Assembly (NCBI GenBank): GCA_010093605.1
Contig: MU004194.1
Location: 844,323-908,322 of the forward strand
Direction: 5' to 3'
Length of the DNA stretch: 64,000 nt
Source of the DNA: Lophium mytilinum
Lineage: Eukaryota
The notes beneath the pieces are model-generated. The model had not been told where the DNA came from and made no database searches. It was given only the letters and a program-made list of their open reading frames with translations. Positions 48,301 through 61,507 of this stretch are shown here, piece by piece (within the stretch, counting starts at the first letter, position 1; each line of letters begins with the position of its first letter). Both the position numbers and the translations under genes were made by a program.

Positions 48301-49075
48301 CGTGCTGGCTGCAATCTACCTGCCCCGGCTTGTATGTACATGGTGCATGGCGTCGTTCTTAGCGGCGGGGAAGGTGGGAGTTCCAAGATTGGAGACAGGG
48401 CCTTGTTATGTATTGTTACGGTATTGAAATCTTTGTTCTCCTCGTCGATCTGTCTAGAGTCGGAAACGGTCTTTACGCATTCTCGTACTTAGATTTCGAA
48501 GTCTTGGTTTCTTGGTTTGCACACGCACACACGGATAGATGCAGGTGGTACGCCGTAGTAGATCCCAATCCTGTCCTCGTCGTTATGTAACAGTAAAAGC
48601 CAAACAGAAGGGGCAGCGCCTGAGTGATTTATTAGCTGCATAGCACCAACATGGCGTCATTATTGCTTGTGAAAGTGTCGACGTATGGCAGACCTTTGGG
48701 CGAGGTATGGCGCCTTTGATAGGCCTCGCGAGATCAAAGCGACCTCGCTGGAGGGTTGAGGGGCTTTTGTGGGGCAGCTGTCGCTTCTGCAGGTGGGCAC
48801 CCTCAACACCACACTCACACTACTGTGCATAAGAAAGCGCTCCATGGCTGCATTGCACCCCAGCGGCTCTCCCTCACTGTACATTCGACCTAAAAGAAAG
48901 TGGATCACACGACCCGCCCGACCTTTCCGCCCGAACCGCCCACGTTGCTGGCTCAAAGCTGTGTGACCTCAACGTCCTTCGCTGGCAGTACACCCACCCC
49001 ACCCTCGCTTTTTGGCAACCCGCGTTTGCCCCGCTGCCCTCAAGAACATCTCAATCGAACTCGGACGATCCTGCC

Positions 49076-52000
49076 ATGGCCGACTTCGAGAGCGGATCGG
49101 CCGTCGCGGGCAATGAGCTCAGAGAACGCGCTTCGCAGCCCCCTCCGATGACGCACCAACGAAACTCGTCCCAGGACGTGCGAGCGAAGGTGCTGGAGCT
49201 CAATGCCGCCGAGGATACCAAGGGGGACTATAACAAGGACAAGAGGACCTACGGCAGGACTCCCGACGGCGTAGGTGAGTCTCGAGCGTCTCTCCCACCT
49301 CAGCACTGCCCAAAGCGACGAGACAGAGCTCGCATATTCTCAGACAGCAAATCTCGAATACCGCGATGGATTTGTGCCTATGCAACGCGCTGCACCGTCT
49401 CGCTAGCTCCAGCGGAACGGCACGATGCAGTGACCAGATTGACGGGACGTTGACCCAGCACTGTGTTTTCTTCTCTCCGAGCATCTGCCTCAGGCATTAC
49501 CAGTGTTGTTCGCCGAAGATCCTCTCTCACCGTCTATCCCGTCGTATGCGATTCGCTGACTTGGTGGCTGCTAATGTAGTATTCACCGTTCCACAGACCC
49601 ATGACATGGTCTCGCAGCTCCTCTCGCCCAAGCAGTCAAAGAATAAATCCGATCTCGCCGTCCTTCTCATTCTCGCGACCATGATCCTGACCCTTTACTG
49701 GCTGCCGTCCAAGCTCCGGATTCCCGCATTCGCGGTCATTTTCATGTTCTGGCGAGCGTCGTACAATGCTGGAATTGGATACCTGCTTCAAATTCAGTCC
49801 AATGACCGCCGCCTAGTCACATGGGCTCGGAAGTCTCAAATCTTTGAGCATCCCTCTACGGGCAAGAATCCCCATCCGAAGCTGTATGCGCTTCTGAAGA
49901 GCGAAATGGAGACCAAAATCCCGAAGGACTACAACTTTGACGAAGCTCCAATCGAATACAATACTTGGTTGGTCTTCAGACGCTTCGTAGACTTGATCCT
50001 CATGTGCGACTTCGTTTCTTACTGCCTGTTTGCCCTGGCGTGTGCTACTAGACCTGCGGACGAGGGCGTGGCGATGGGCATCGCTCGTTGGACGGCTGGC
50101 ATAATACTCTTCCTCTTCAATCTGTGGGTCAAGCTCGATGCACATCGGGTGGTCAAGGACTATGCTTGGTACTGGGGAGACTTCTTCTACCTCATCGATC
50201 AGGATCTTACCTTTGACGGCGTCTTCGAGATGGCGCCACATCCAATGTACTCTGTTGGCTATGCTGGATATTACGGTATCTCGTTGATGGCAGCCAGTTA
50301 CAAAGTCCTGTTCATTTCCATCCTCGCCCATGCAGCTCAATTTGCTTTCTTGACTCTCGTTGAGAACCCACATATCGAGAAGACTTATAATACGCCACCG
50401 CCCAGGAAGCGCCACACCGTAGATGTCCAAACGCACGAGGAACGTCCAAGCTCATCGCAGTCCAACCAGGGCTTTACAGATAACTATCCTTCCATCGAGT
50501 CTGTCACCCAGCCCTCGCAGATCCACAAGATCATTGGAATACAAAACATAGACTTTCATCGACTGATTGATATCGTCGTAGTCCTTTTTCAGTTCTATCT
50601 CTTTAGTTTCGCCATCATGACACCGTCGACTCGTCTTTACCAGGCCTTTTTCGTTGCCAATGCAGTTGTCTGGCGACTCTGGTATTCTGTCGGTATTGGA
50701 TATATCCTAGACCGTCAATCGAACAAGAAAAAGTGGACTCGGCATTTTATCAAGTACGGGGATAGCTCCGGCGAGGCCTGGCGGCAGTGGAAAAGTTTGT
50801 ATCACCTCAGCATGACCCTGTGTCACGCAAGCTTCCTCTGTGCTGCTTGGAAAATGTACGCTTTGCCCCCGAATTGGGAGTACGGCATGGCTCTCCTTCG
50901 CCACATAATCGGCGCCGCTATGGTTGCTCTGCAGCTGTGGACCATCATCAGCATCTATGAGTCCCTCGGGGAGTTTGGCTGGTTCTTCGGTGACTTCTTC
51001 TTCGATCAATCGCCAAGCAAGCTCACTTATAGTGGCATTTACCGATTTCTTAACAACCCAGAGCGGATCTTAGGATTGGCTGGTGTGTGGGGCATTGCCA
51101 TTATCACGTGGAGTAAGACGATCTTCTTCCTTGCGCTACTAAGTCACAGTCTATCACTTGCGTTCATTCAGCTTGTTGAGCGCCCTCACATGCAGAAACT
51201 TTACGGCCAATCACTTCGGCAGGAATCTGGCCTTTCCAAGAGCATTGATCGATCGTTGCCCTCCCCGATTCGCCACTGGCGTGGAGGAGTTGATCGAGTT
51301 CTCGGGGAAGCGGTCGAGTTTGTTGAAGAGCTTCTTGACTCGGCAAGGCCGAAACTGGCTGCCGGTGTTGGCACCTTTGTCAAGGATTCAACTGCACTCT
51401 TTAGGTCGTACCCTGCCCGTATCAGCATCACTCGTTTGGCGGAAAACCTCGCCGGCTTTGACCCGAAGGACTACTCCATCAAAATTGAGGGCACGCCTGT
51501 GTCAGGTCTGGTTGAGAAAGACAAAAGTAGCGGTCGTGAGAGTGAATTAGCACGTGCACCTGCTGTACGGACTAGTGAATTTCGCACCCTCACGTACGAA
51601 TACGGCGCCCCCATCAAAGTTCGCTGGACAGCGCCGCTCAACCACAGCAAGAAGGACTGGGTTGGGCTGTACATGGTTGCCGACAATGCATCGAGAGATG
51701 TAACGCGCGTTGCGTCCAACGGCCGTTGGGTGGCAACGAACCCTAACGTCTATGATTCAGCCAGACCTGCGCAGGGCATTCTAGTCAGCGACAAGATGAT
51801 AGTTGGAGGTGAAAGGGCAGATGGCGAAATCTCGAATCACTTTTCCGGCGAGATGGTGTTTTCTGGGGACAAGATCTGGTGGACAACGGGTGTTTTTGAA
51901 TTCAGATACCATCACGATGGGAAACACAATGTCATGGCCATCTCTCTCCCGTTCGAGATACGAATTCCGAGATTTGACGAGGAAGATGCAGAGGTCGATG

Positions 52001-52370
52001 CCAATGGACTCATCAGAACAGCTGTGGAAACAACGCTACTTCCGGTTGTGCAGAACTGCTTCGACCGGGACCCAGAGATTGCACCCAGCAGTGTTGACGA
52101 GTCTTTTGGAAGCCTCGTTGAGAGGGATGGGAAGTATGCAAAAAGAGTCGTGTTTGCTGTGCACCAGATGTAAGAATTTCCCTTCTACTATACTTCAGCG
52201 GCATTGTTAACGTTCATAGGTTCGGCATCGAGCTCGCTCCTGAGGTGGTGCAGGCTGACGGGACTGTCAAGAACCTCGCATGGAGAATATGCAACGCGAA
52301 GAAGGTCTTGCAACCGTATAGCATGTCACCATCGAAAGGGAGGAATACGCCCACTGGCAGTGGGTACTGA
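49076..52370 (+). CDS. cho2: Phosphatidylethanolamine N-methyltransferase Cho2/Pem1; exons 49076-49274, 49580-52169, 52220-52370
   Basis: [74 protein letters not shown]. Confidence 0.96.
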
Positions 52371-53284
52371 TACGTCGAAGTCCTACTAACATCCGTGGAC
52401 TTTCCAGATTATTCAACTTGTGTTTTGGACGAGGACGATCTGGGAACCTTTCCGACTTTCCATCACCGTCGGACGACTTCTCGCACCTCCGTTTCATGAC
52501 CATTCGTATCGTATGAAGTCAACTTTTCCACCTGAGAGTGATCCTGGTTTCTTGGCCTAACCAAGCCAAGGAACAAAAAAGTTGCTTCAACTGTTTATCT
52601 TCGTCGAGCACACACACGCTCCGCACGGTCGTTCTCTCTGCGTCTTTGGATACAGAGCGATGGTTCATTCTTCCTTCTTGGCAACCATTTTCTCCAGTTT
52701 TCTTTAATAAGTCAAGACCAGCATTGCTTCAGGGGGTAAAAGTATCGCATTTGCATTTGCGGGAGGTTTGTTAGCATAACTCGGTTTGCGGCATTCGACG
52801 ACTTTAGGATTAGCGTGCGTAGATACAAGTGAAGGCCAATTGAATTGTATCTGTCCAAGACCCGAAGTCCTCTCTCGTGACTACCAAAACAACTTGAAAA
52901 GTAATGCGTGATCTTTATATGCATTGTGTCGAGAAGCTACGAGATGATTCGAGGTGGAGGGTGATTACTCTCCATCCCGCCAATCACGAGCCGGATTGGT
53001 GCATTAACCTCGGCGCCCATATGACGACGAGTGCATCTTCTAGAATCGACAACTCTCCGCTTTCCCATACCCATATCTCACCGAACCCCCTCTCGTCCCA
53101 TCGTGCTTCTATCCGTACCATCTCTGTCTACAGAGCGCCACGTACCTATTTTCATCGCCAACCTCTTCGCTGAGAGGGCCCCTTAGAACACCACATCGCC
53201 ACCAATCACCCTCACATCACGCCCGCGAACCCTTATCCGCGTGCACCACTCACACCCCACTACACCGTCACAACTCCTCACATA

Positions 53285-56171
53285 ATGGGCAAAGCGCCCT
53301 CGCATTCGGACGCGCGCGTCCTCCCCCTTATCCCTCTCGCCGCCGGCTCCGTCCTCCTCCCCGGCACGACCCTGCGCATCCCGATCGCGAACCGCGGTGA
53401 CGTAGCGGCCATCCTTGCGAAGATATATGCGCGAGCCGAGACGGCCGCCAAAGATGCACAGATACTAGTGGGCTGCGTGCCGTTGGGCTCTAGCCTGGTG
53501 TCGAAGGACGGCAATCTGCTGATTGAGGGGAAGGGAAAGGGTGGACAAAGCAATATTGAGCAGGACCCCGTGCTGGCGACGGCGAAGGATGTGTTTGGGG
53601 TTGGGTGCGTGGGAAAGGTGTCTGGTGTGCAGGGGCGGCGGCAGGGGGAGCTGAGTCTGGTTGTGGAGGGCGTGGAGCGGTTTAGGGTGAAGGAGGTGTT
53701 GCAGGAGAGGCCGTTTTTCGAGGGAGTTGTGGTGGATGTGGAAGAGAGAGGTATGTTGACTCCATTATCTTGCTTTCTAGATACAGCGAAAGGGTGGTGT
53801 ACATGGGAACAGTGCTAACTTCAAAGCAGTTAATATCTCCAACGCCGAAGTCGCGGAGCTCTTCCAGCACCTCAAGCAGCTCTCCCGTGAGCTCCTTGCC
53901 CTCGTCCGGCTCTCCTCTATCCTTCCTCGCGCTCCGTCTGTCTCGCTCTCCCCGATTGCGGCTCGCCGGTTGGAACTGTACATTGCACGCAAGAACATCG
54001 ACGAAGCAGGATCTCTAGCGGACTTCATGGCCAATGTGGTTGATTGCACACATGAAGAAAGGCTGCGGATACTCGCCTCTTTTGACGTCAAGGAACGCCT
54101 CGAGCGCGTTATCGAGGTCCTACAGAAGCAGATTCGTGGGATTCAAGGGAGCACACGAATCACAGTCACATCGACCGCGACGCCAAGCGCCGGGACGTTT
54201 GATATGGACACCCTGAGAAGACTACAACAAGAGGCTATCCGGAGAAGGTCAGGCCACGGAGCGCCCGGAAACATGCCGCCTGGGGGGTTTCCCGGCTTTC
54301 CAGGCGGGAGACAAGGTGGAGGAGAGGAAGAGGCGAACGAGCTAGACGAACTCAAGAAGCGTTTGGATGATGCCGGACTGAGCCCCGAGGCGGACAAGGT
54401 TGCGCAGCGGGAGCTACAACGTCTACAGAAGATGAATCCGGCGCAGGCTGAGTACCAAGTCTGCCGAAACTATCTCGAAAATCTTGCAGAAATTCCGTGG
54501 ACGAAGATGACTGAAGATAACCTGGACGCGGCGACACTGTCCAAGGCGAAGAAGCAGCTCGATGACGATCATTACGGTCTCGATAAGATTAAGAAGAGGC
54601 TATTGGAGTACCTAGCGGTGCTTAAGCTGAAGCAGGCTGCGAATGCGGATATAGATGTCCAGATCAAGCAGCTGAGCGATGCTGCTAACGTAACACCGGA
54701 GGGGAAGGAAGAGGAGAAGGAGGTGGAGGAGAAAAAAGAGCCCAGATACGTCAGTGAAGCCGAGTTGAAGCTCATTGAGAGGAAGCGTATGGTGGACAAA
54801 TCACCTATCCTCCTGCTTGTTGGTCCTCCTGGAACCGGAAAGACCAGTCTCGCGAAGTCTGTTGCAACAGCTTTAGGTCGAAAGTTCCATCGCGTCTCCC
54901 TCGGCGGCGTTCGAGACGAAGCAGAGATTCGAGGGCACCGAAGGACGTATGTGGCTGCCATGCCTGGCCTTCTGGTCAGCGGTCTAAAGAAAGTCGGCGT
55001 TGCCAATCCAGTAATCCTTCTGGATGAGATTGACAAGCTAGGCCAAAGCAACTTCCATGGCGACCCAAGTGCCGCCATGTTGGAGGTCCTGGATCCCGAA
55101 CAGAACCATACTTTCACAGATCACTACGTCAACATCCCCATCGACCTTAGCAAGGTGCTCTTCATTGCGACAGCTAATTCGCTTGATACTATTCCTCCCC
55201 CTCTCCTTGACCGTATGGAGACTATCCAACTCTCCGGCTACACCACCCTCGAAAAAAGACACATAGCTACCCGCCATCTCCTCCCCAAACAAATCACCAC
55301 CAATGGGTTGGCCTCCGATCTCGTCCAAATCACGCCTGAAGTTCTCGACAAAATCATCGCCGCTTACACCCGCGAATCCGGCGTCCGCAACCTTGAGCGC
55401 GAAATTGGCTCCGTCTGCCGCTCCAAAGCCGTCGAGTACGCCAACGCCAAAGACGCAAACTCCCTCCCTACCTACAACCCCACCGTCTCCCTCGACGACC
55501 TCGACACCATCCTCGGCATCGAGCGCTTCGCCGAAGAACTCGCCGAGCAGCACGCCCGCCCTGGCGTCGTTACCGGTCTCGTAGCCTACTCCACCGGCGG
55601 CCAGGGCAGCATCCTCTTCATTGAGGTCGCCGACATGCCGGGCACCGGACGCGTGCAACTGACCGGCAAGCTTGGTGATGTGCTCAAGGAGAGCGTCGAG
55701 GTCGCGCTGACGTGGGTGAAAGCGCACGCGTTTGAGCTTGCGTTGACGCACGCGCCCGAGGAAGACATTATGAAGAACCGCAGCATCCACGTGCATTGCC
55801 CGTCTGGCGCTATCCCGAAGGACGGGCCGAGTGCGGGGCTTGCGCATACGGTGGCGCTGATTTCGCTGTTCTCGGGGAAGGCGGTGCCGCCGAGCTTGGC
55901 GATGACGGGAGAAGTGAGTCTGAGGGGACGTGTGCTTCCGGTTGGGGGCATCAAGGAGAAGCTGATTGGGGCGTTGCGGGCGGGTGTGGAGAGGGTGTTG
56001 CTGCCGGAGGGGAATAGGAAGGATGTTAGGGACCTGCCGACCGAAGTGCTGGAGGGGCTGAGGATCGACCATGTTAGTCATATCTGGGAGGCGTTGAAGT
56101 TTGTGTGGCCTGAGTCCAGCTGGCCGGGGGAGAGGAGGTGGGGGGCTGGTGGGTTTGAGAGTAGACTGTAA
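53285..56171 (+). CDS. Peroxisomal Lon protease (LONP2-type); exons 53285-53750, 53830-56171
   Basis: Lon N-domain, Walker [18 protein letters not shown], Walker B LLDEIDK, catalytic PKDGPSAG and GGIKEK; C-terminal PTS1 SRL. Confidence 0.95.
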
Positions 56172-56928
56172 ATTGTGGTAGGGGAGTGAGGGAAAGTCGT
56201 GTTTGGGTTCTTGGGAGTTGGATGGGGATGGGCATATGGCATGTAATAGTTTGAGCGCTCTCAATTCAGCTTTTCGATTTTATCTTAATGGCCAGTAGAT
56301 GAACCGGTGGCATTTGCAGGTTGGTTCTTAACCCGTTGCATTGTAGTAGCTGTCCCGTCGGCAGTTGACATATGCAAAGCATGGAAGAGAGAAAGGGCAT
56401 TGTATCTGTGGTCAGAGATACAAGACATGGAAGCGCAAGGGCTCGTTTCCTTGGGACTTGAAGCGGACCTCTTAAAGTCCTGAAATACCGAGGGATGACA
56501 TGGGCAGTGAAGAACGACGTCGAGATATGGGTAGAAAGAAAGGGCGTTAGTCTTACCCCTTTTGGAATGGGAGCCCGAATGGCGGGAACCGCCCTCTCTC
56601 ATCGGTTTCTCCTTACTAGCCCCGCTCTCATTGCATGTTGTCAGATGAAAAGCGAATTGGTTTTGGGAACGTTATGTCCTCGAATGAATACGCCACTTAT
56701 CAGGGCCACTCCTAACAACGTTGGCTAGCATTCAACCAAAGCACCAAGGTGGTTGTAGTTTCAAGTTCCTTTGTGGAGGACATGATATTATGTTCGTGCA
56801 TGAACGTCCAGAGACTGACGAAGTATGGGATTATTAATGAATAGTTGATGCCAGAACTAGAGCAAGGCAATCGAAAGCGTAAAAAGTCCCCCTTAGTCCA
56901 GCATGCTACCGCGCTGCTATTCTCCTTC

Positions 56929-58938
56929 TCAAACCTGGCTGTCCACTCTCTTCACCTCTGCACCCACATCCTCCTTCCCCTTGGAATGAATCTGCACGCT
57001 GACCTTATTCGTAAGCAGCGGATCCACATTGGGATAGAAAATCGACAACACCATGCCCAGCCCGCTGAACGCTAGCGTGGTCAGGAACACCGTCCTGAAA
57101 GCATCCGAACTCGCACCTTTATATGCTCGCACGCCAATGGCTTCAATCGCAGGCGTGACGCCGTCAACAGCGCTCATCTTACCGGCGCCGGATAGTGCGG
57201 CGAGGAATGCGGCGACAGAGCCGGAGGGGAGTCCGGCTTTGATGAGGGCAGAAGGGACTTGGGCGGGGATGGTGGAGGCGAGGCGGTTCGCTAGGACGGT
57301 TGTGTAGACGCTGGGACGCACATGTTAGTGAAAGAGACCGAAGGTATGAAGTGGGATGAGACACTTACGTCGAGCAAATGGTCGAGATACAGTTCCGCAG
57401 AGAGCTCGCAATACCATTCGCGGTACCAATCTCACGCTGGTCAGCAACGGCCAAGGTAATCACGGTCGAGTTTGCGATTTCGTTGTAGCCGATGAGCAAG
57501 GAGCCGAAGAACATGAGGACGGCGGCTCGGGAGAAGGTGTCCTGGTTGCACGTAGCCATGCCTAGGGAAGAGAGGGGTTAGTACCGCGAACGTATGGAGA
57601 TTGGGAACAGAGGATTGCTTACAGGCGACGAAGACGCTTCCTCCGAAGAAAGCTGCTCTGATCTGCCAGTGTCGCTTCTTGAATATGGTACCCAGAGGCA
57701 CGAAGAGTTCCCCCAAAGTAATACCAGCGTTTGCAAGGCACGATGCCCAACCGGCCCACATTACGCCATGGTCTGACGCGAAAAGCGTAAATACCATACT
57801 CGGCCAGAGGATGGCATTCGCATAGTACACCGATGCACCCAGCGACCACATGAGGGTCGCAATGACAAAAGCCCGGTCCTTGAAGATATGTATCGGTACA
57901 AATGGCTCCTCCATCGGCACCAGAGTCTCGTACAAGGCGAAAGCGACCAGGCACAAGAATCCAACAACAATAGTAGCGATGACTGATGCAGACTTCCAAG
58001 GGTGTAGCGAGCCACCCCACGAAAGCCCCATAATGAAGAAGAGCATGCCTGCAATGAAGAGGAAGGCCCCTACGTAGTCGAATTGCTTGATGTATTGCAC
58101 CTTGCTCCGTCCGCCGTGCTTCATGCTGAAGTTCGGTGGTCTGTAAAAGAGGAAGAAGGCCACTGTTATAAGGGCGTTTAGAGCGATCAGAAAATAGAAG
58201 ACACCGCGCCATCCGACGCTAGTTTGGTAGACAAAGGCGTAGCCGACGATGGCAGACATGCTGCTAGTCGGAATGGTCCAAGTTACGCTGTACGAGGGTT
58301 AGTGATGGTAAAGCGAGAAGGATCCTAGGTTTGAGATGCTTACGCGTAGCCTTGAGCCCAGAATCTGTGCTTCATAGGGACAAGTTCGCTGATTGGCGCT
58401 GTAGATGTCGTCAGTGAGGGTAGGAAAGAGGGTCCGGTTCACACGTACCCCCGTAAAGTATCTGCCCTGCAGACGCAAGCCCAAGCAAGCACTCTCCCGC
58501 AATGAGGGCATTAATAGTTGGAGCTGTGGCGCAAACAATACTCCCAATTGTCGCGAGGATCCCAGACCCGATGAAGAACCACCGGCGACCAAAGATATCA
58601 GTCAGTCGTCCAACAAATGCCAGGCCGATAGAGCTGGTAAGGAGATAACTGAGAGCAACCCAGTTTAGATTTGGCGAAGGTCCTATATCGGCATCGACGA
58701 AGGACAGGATAGGGGCGATCAAAGCAAAGGCTCCCGTGCCGGCACCAAGATTGGCTCCGATGCAAAAGATTGAGCCGATGAAGTTAAGGCTGCGAAAGTA
58801 GCCTTTTGGGAGGTCGCTTTGCTCGAGTGTAAAGTCGTGGCCTTTGACGTCTTCGGAGTCCAGTCCGTGTGGTTTGTTGATACTCTCATTCTCGGGGTGG
58901 CGCTCGGCCATGGCGATGTCGGGCTTGTGGTCTGTCAT
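56929..58938 (-). CDS. MFS transporter, Tri12/Str1-like family; exons 58938-58449, 58398-58344, 58287-57623, 57561-57369, 57310-56929
   Basis: LPKGYFRS, MFS motif GRLTDIFGRRWF, ELVPMKHR, GWRGVFY, GLSWGG..PWKS; four GT-AG introns in frame. Confidence 0.9.
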
Positions 58939-61404
58939 CCTGACCCCAGAGTACTAGAAGGAGAGGGGAAGTTTTTCAGAGGTGAGAGAACGTTGAGACT
59001 GTTGCACAAGGGGAGAGTCTTATACTGTTTTTGGTATTCGTCCGTTCTATATCCCATGTGGGTAACATGTTCCAGATATAGAGGCTTAAAACTGATGCAT
59101 ATACCGATTCCCGATAGCTTGGACGCCGGAAAAGCTTAAGATGTCTCTGCATGACTCCGTATCTCACTATGGTTAAGGCTTCGACACTTCGGCTTCACGA
59201 CATTGGCCGGAAATTTGGCGAGCAGGAAGACTAGGGAATTTGCAGCGTAGATTATATTCAGGGGAGAATGCGGGGAACGGTCGAGCTTTACGAATACTAG
59301 TCTTGGCTGGGCTGAGATGTGACGGTCAATGGTAAAGGATACCCGTGCCAAGTCTTTTGGTGATAGTTTGCGAGAAAGCGGTAACGAGTTTCCTACATAC
59401 GCGCGCGGTTCGATTGTTCTCTCAGAACAGGGGAAAACGGAATTCAAAAGTTTAACGATGGAGAAAGCATACAAAGGAAATACACCTAATCGATTTTTGT
59501 AACAGTTGAAAAGGTGTGGGAAGACCAGTCGGAGCCTGTGTTTCGGAGCTATTTCTTTGCATTAAGTCTATATGTTTGTATGCGTAGACATAGGAGTAGA
59601 TCATAGGTAGGAATACATCGTAACAATCCTACTAGGCATCAAGTCTGGACCCGCGTATGCTGATGCTTGTGTGCCGCTTTTGGAATCTGGACAACACTGT
59701 CAAAGGTAAGCCCGAAGACCCGCGAGTCAAGGGCAGCTCAACTTTCTCTGTATGAAATTCGGCATCGCATCTAGACTTTGAGGACCTGAGGGGATATGGG
59801 GAACGAGGGTGCTGAAAGGTTTGTCCTGCTACTATATTACAGTACCCTTTTGTATGCTCGAGGCAGTCGTCAATCTCCCGCTTTGTCTGTCTGATAGAAA
59901 CAGCGTGCCCGTGGAGACTCCACCGACTTGAAGGATTACGGCCATCAACGTCTAGAGAGTGCAATGGTCGGCGTCTCGTAGATGTTGAGCATGTTTGCAC
60001 AAACAGGCGAGTCTGCCTGTCTGTCGGACTTCTGAATATCTGCCAAGATTAATGTAAACACAGATCAGGATTCTCGCATTGCAGATCTTCCGGTACGGGT
60101 CGGAAGGTTCCAAGGTTTGTACCTGCCTGAATGCTTGGACGCTAAGGCACGTGGACGATAAGCGTACGTGGCGTAGATGTGTGATGATGCTAATCGTTCT
60201 GATGAAGGGGCAGGCACGTTCTGCAAGAGTGCGAGCTTGCTTCGGTGCACTCTCCTTCATTTTATACTCTAATATCGACCTACCTCTTAGGTCCGAGACC
60301 AGTTAGTGGACCCATAATGCAAGTGCTGGATACGTATTGCTTCTGTCAGAAGCGACCGTTAGCTGCAGACCGATGACTGGCTGCATAGACGACTAGCCAC
60401 CTGCACGTTTACGCCAGGATGTCCCGCCATGTGGCTCTTTGAGGTAAGCCGTGGTTCTGTACATTTGCACAGCGGCTGGTTACTCGGGCAGAATATAAAG
60501 GGTCTGCTGACTTGCCGATAGTCGTCGAGCCAGGAAGACTGCTGCTGGCTCGGGACGGCCGCAAGCCACGGGGTCGGAGCGCATTCCATGGGCCAGAGAG
60601 GGTCCCGCTTGCGCAGTGGGAAGCTATCAGGTGTGCATGTGGTACTACCACCCCGCATTCGGCGGCGAGAGGGCGGCGAGAGGGCAGCGATCGCGGGTGG
60701 GGATGACGCATTGCCACTGAAGCTCGAGAGGATTGCCGGCGCGAGGGAGGCAAATTGGTGGTCTGAGATGCTGCCCACGGTCGCCTTCGCAGGCGTTGGC
60801 CCAGCAATCGTGGTGATCGGGTACGGGCGAGGTCCACAGCTCGCTTCAGGCCATCGCGGGCTGCCGAAGAGCTTCACGCTCACAAATCGGGCCGTAAACG
60901 CGGGCTGAGAGGCGGGGTGAAGGAGCGGGCGGTAGTTACGGAGTTCCCTCCACACCTCCAGCGCGTGGTTCGGCGCCTGTCTCCACGAATTGGCCCAGTG
61001 GCCCCCCGTCTTTGCTGCTTCTCCAGGTGGAGTCCTGTGGAGTCGCACGAAGCTGCCCAGGCGATGAAGTCATTCGTGCAGGGATAAGCTCGGGGCTCTC
61101 GCGCTAGCCTGCCCGGCCTCTCACTGCTCAATCTCCACCACAAACGGCGTCTCCTCGACGGCGAAGCAAAGTTTCATCCGCTGCACTGCCTTCCCCCAAA
61201 CACCCACCGTCCTCCAATTCTTCCTATATATAACCTCTCACGAGAGGCACGGCACTGCGGCGCATCAATTGCCCTGCTTAAAGGCCTCGTCCGACGTTTG
61301 CCGTAAGTGATCTCTCCACCGCCCGACCTGCACATGAACAAGTGGGGAGCTTCCTCGAGCAAGCTCCGCCGTCGGCCCAAAACTTTTTGCCCGCCAGCTG
61401 ACAG

Positions 61405-61412
61405 CTATAAAA
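61405..61412 (+). promoter_or_regulatory. TATA box upstream of glycogen synthase
   Basis: CTATAAAA about 100 bp upstream of the ATG, followed by a pyrimidine-rich leader. Confidence 0.5.
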
Positions 61413-61507
61413 GCAGCCCTGTCACGTTGCTGCGACACCTCCAGACATCCTCACCCTTCAATTCCTTTCAGGCCTTCCGTTGAGCTTGGACGCTCCCGTT
61501 CAACACA

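Noticed and set aside
49366..49579. N-terminal extensions in the ORF track (cho2 49366; also rhgA 22713 and egt1 44984)
   Set aside because: Read-through of intron or 5' UTR sequence; conserved N-termini start at 49076, 22845 and 44849.
55038..56264. 408-aa minus-strand ORF
   Set aside because: Antisense shadow of the GC3-rich Lon CDS; no recognisable motifs.
1221..58938. Secondary-metabolite cluster (P450, CoA ligase, MFS pump)
   Set aside because: Genes are tens of kb apart, interleaved with housekeeping genes, and no PKS, NRPS or terpene synthase is present.
59400..59430. GGTTCGA T-loop-like motif (similar ones near 41100 and 45362)
   Set aside because: No cloverleaf stems or A-box around them; not tRNAs.
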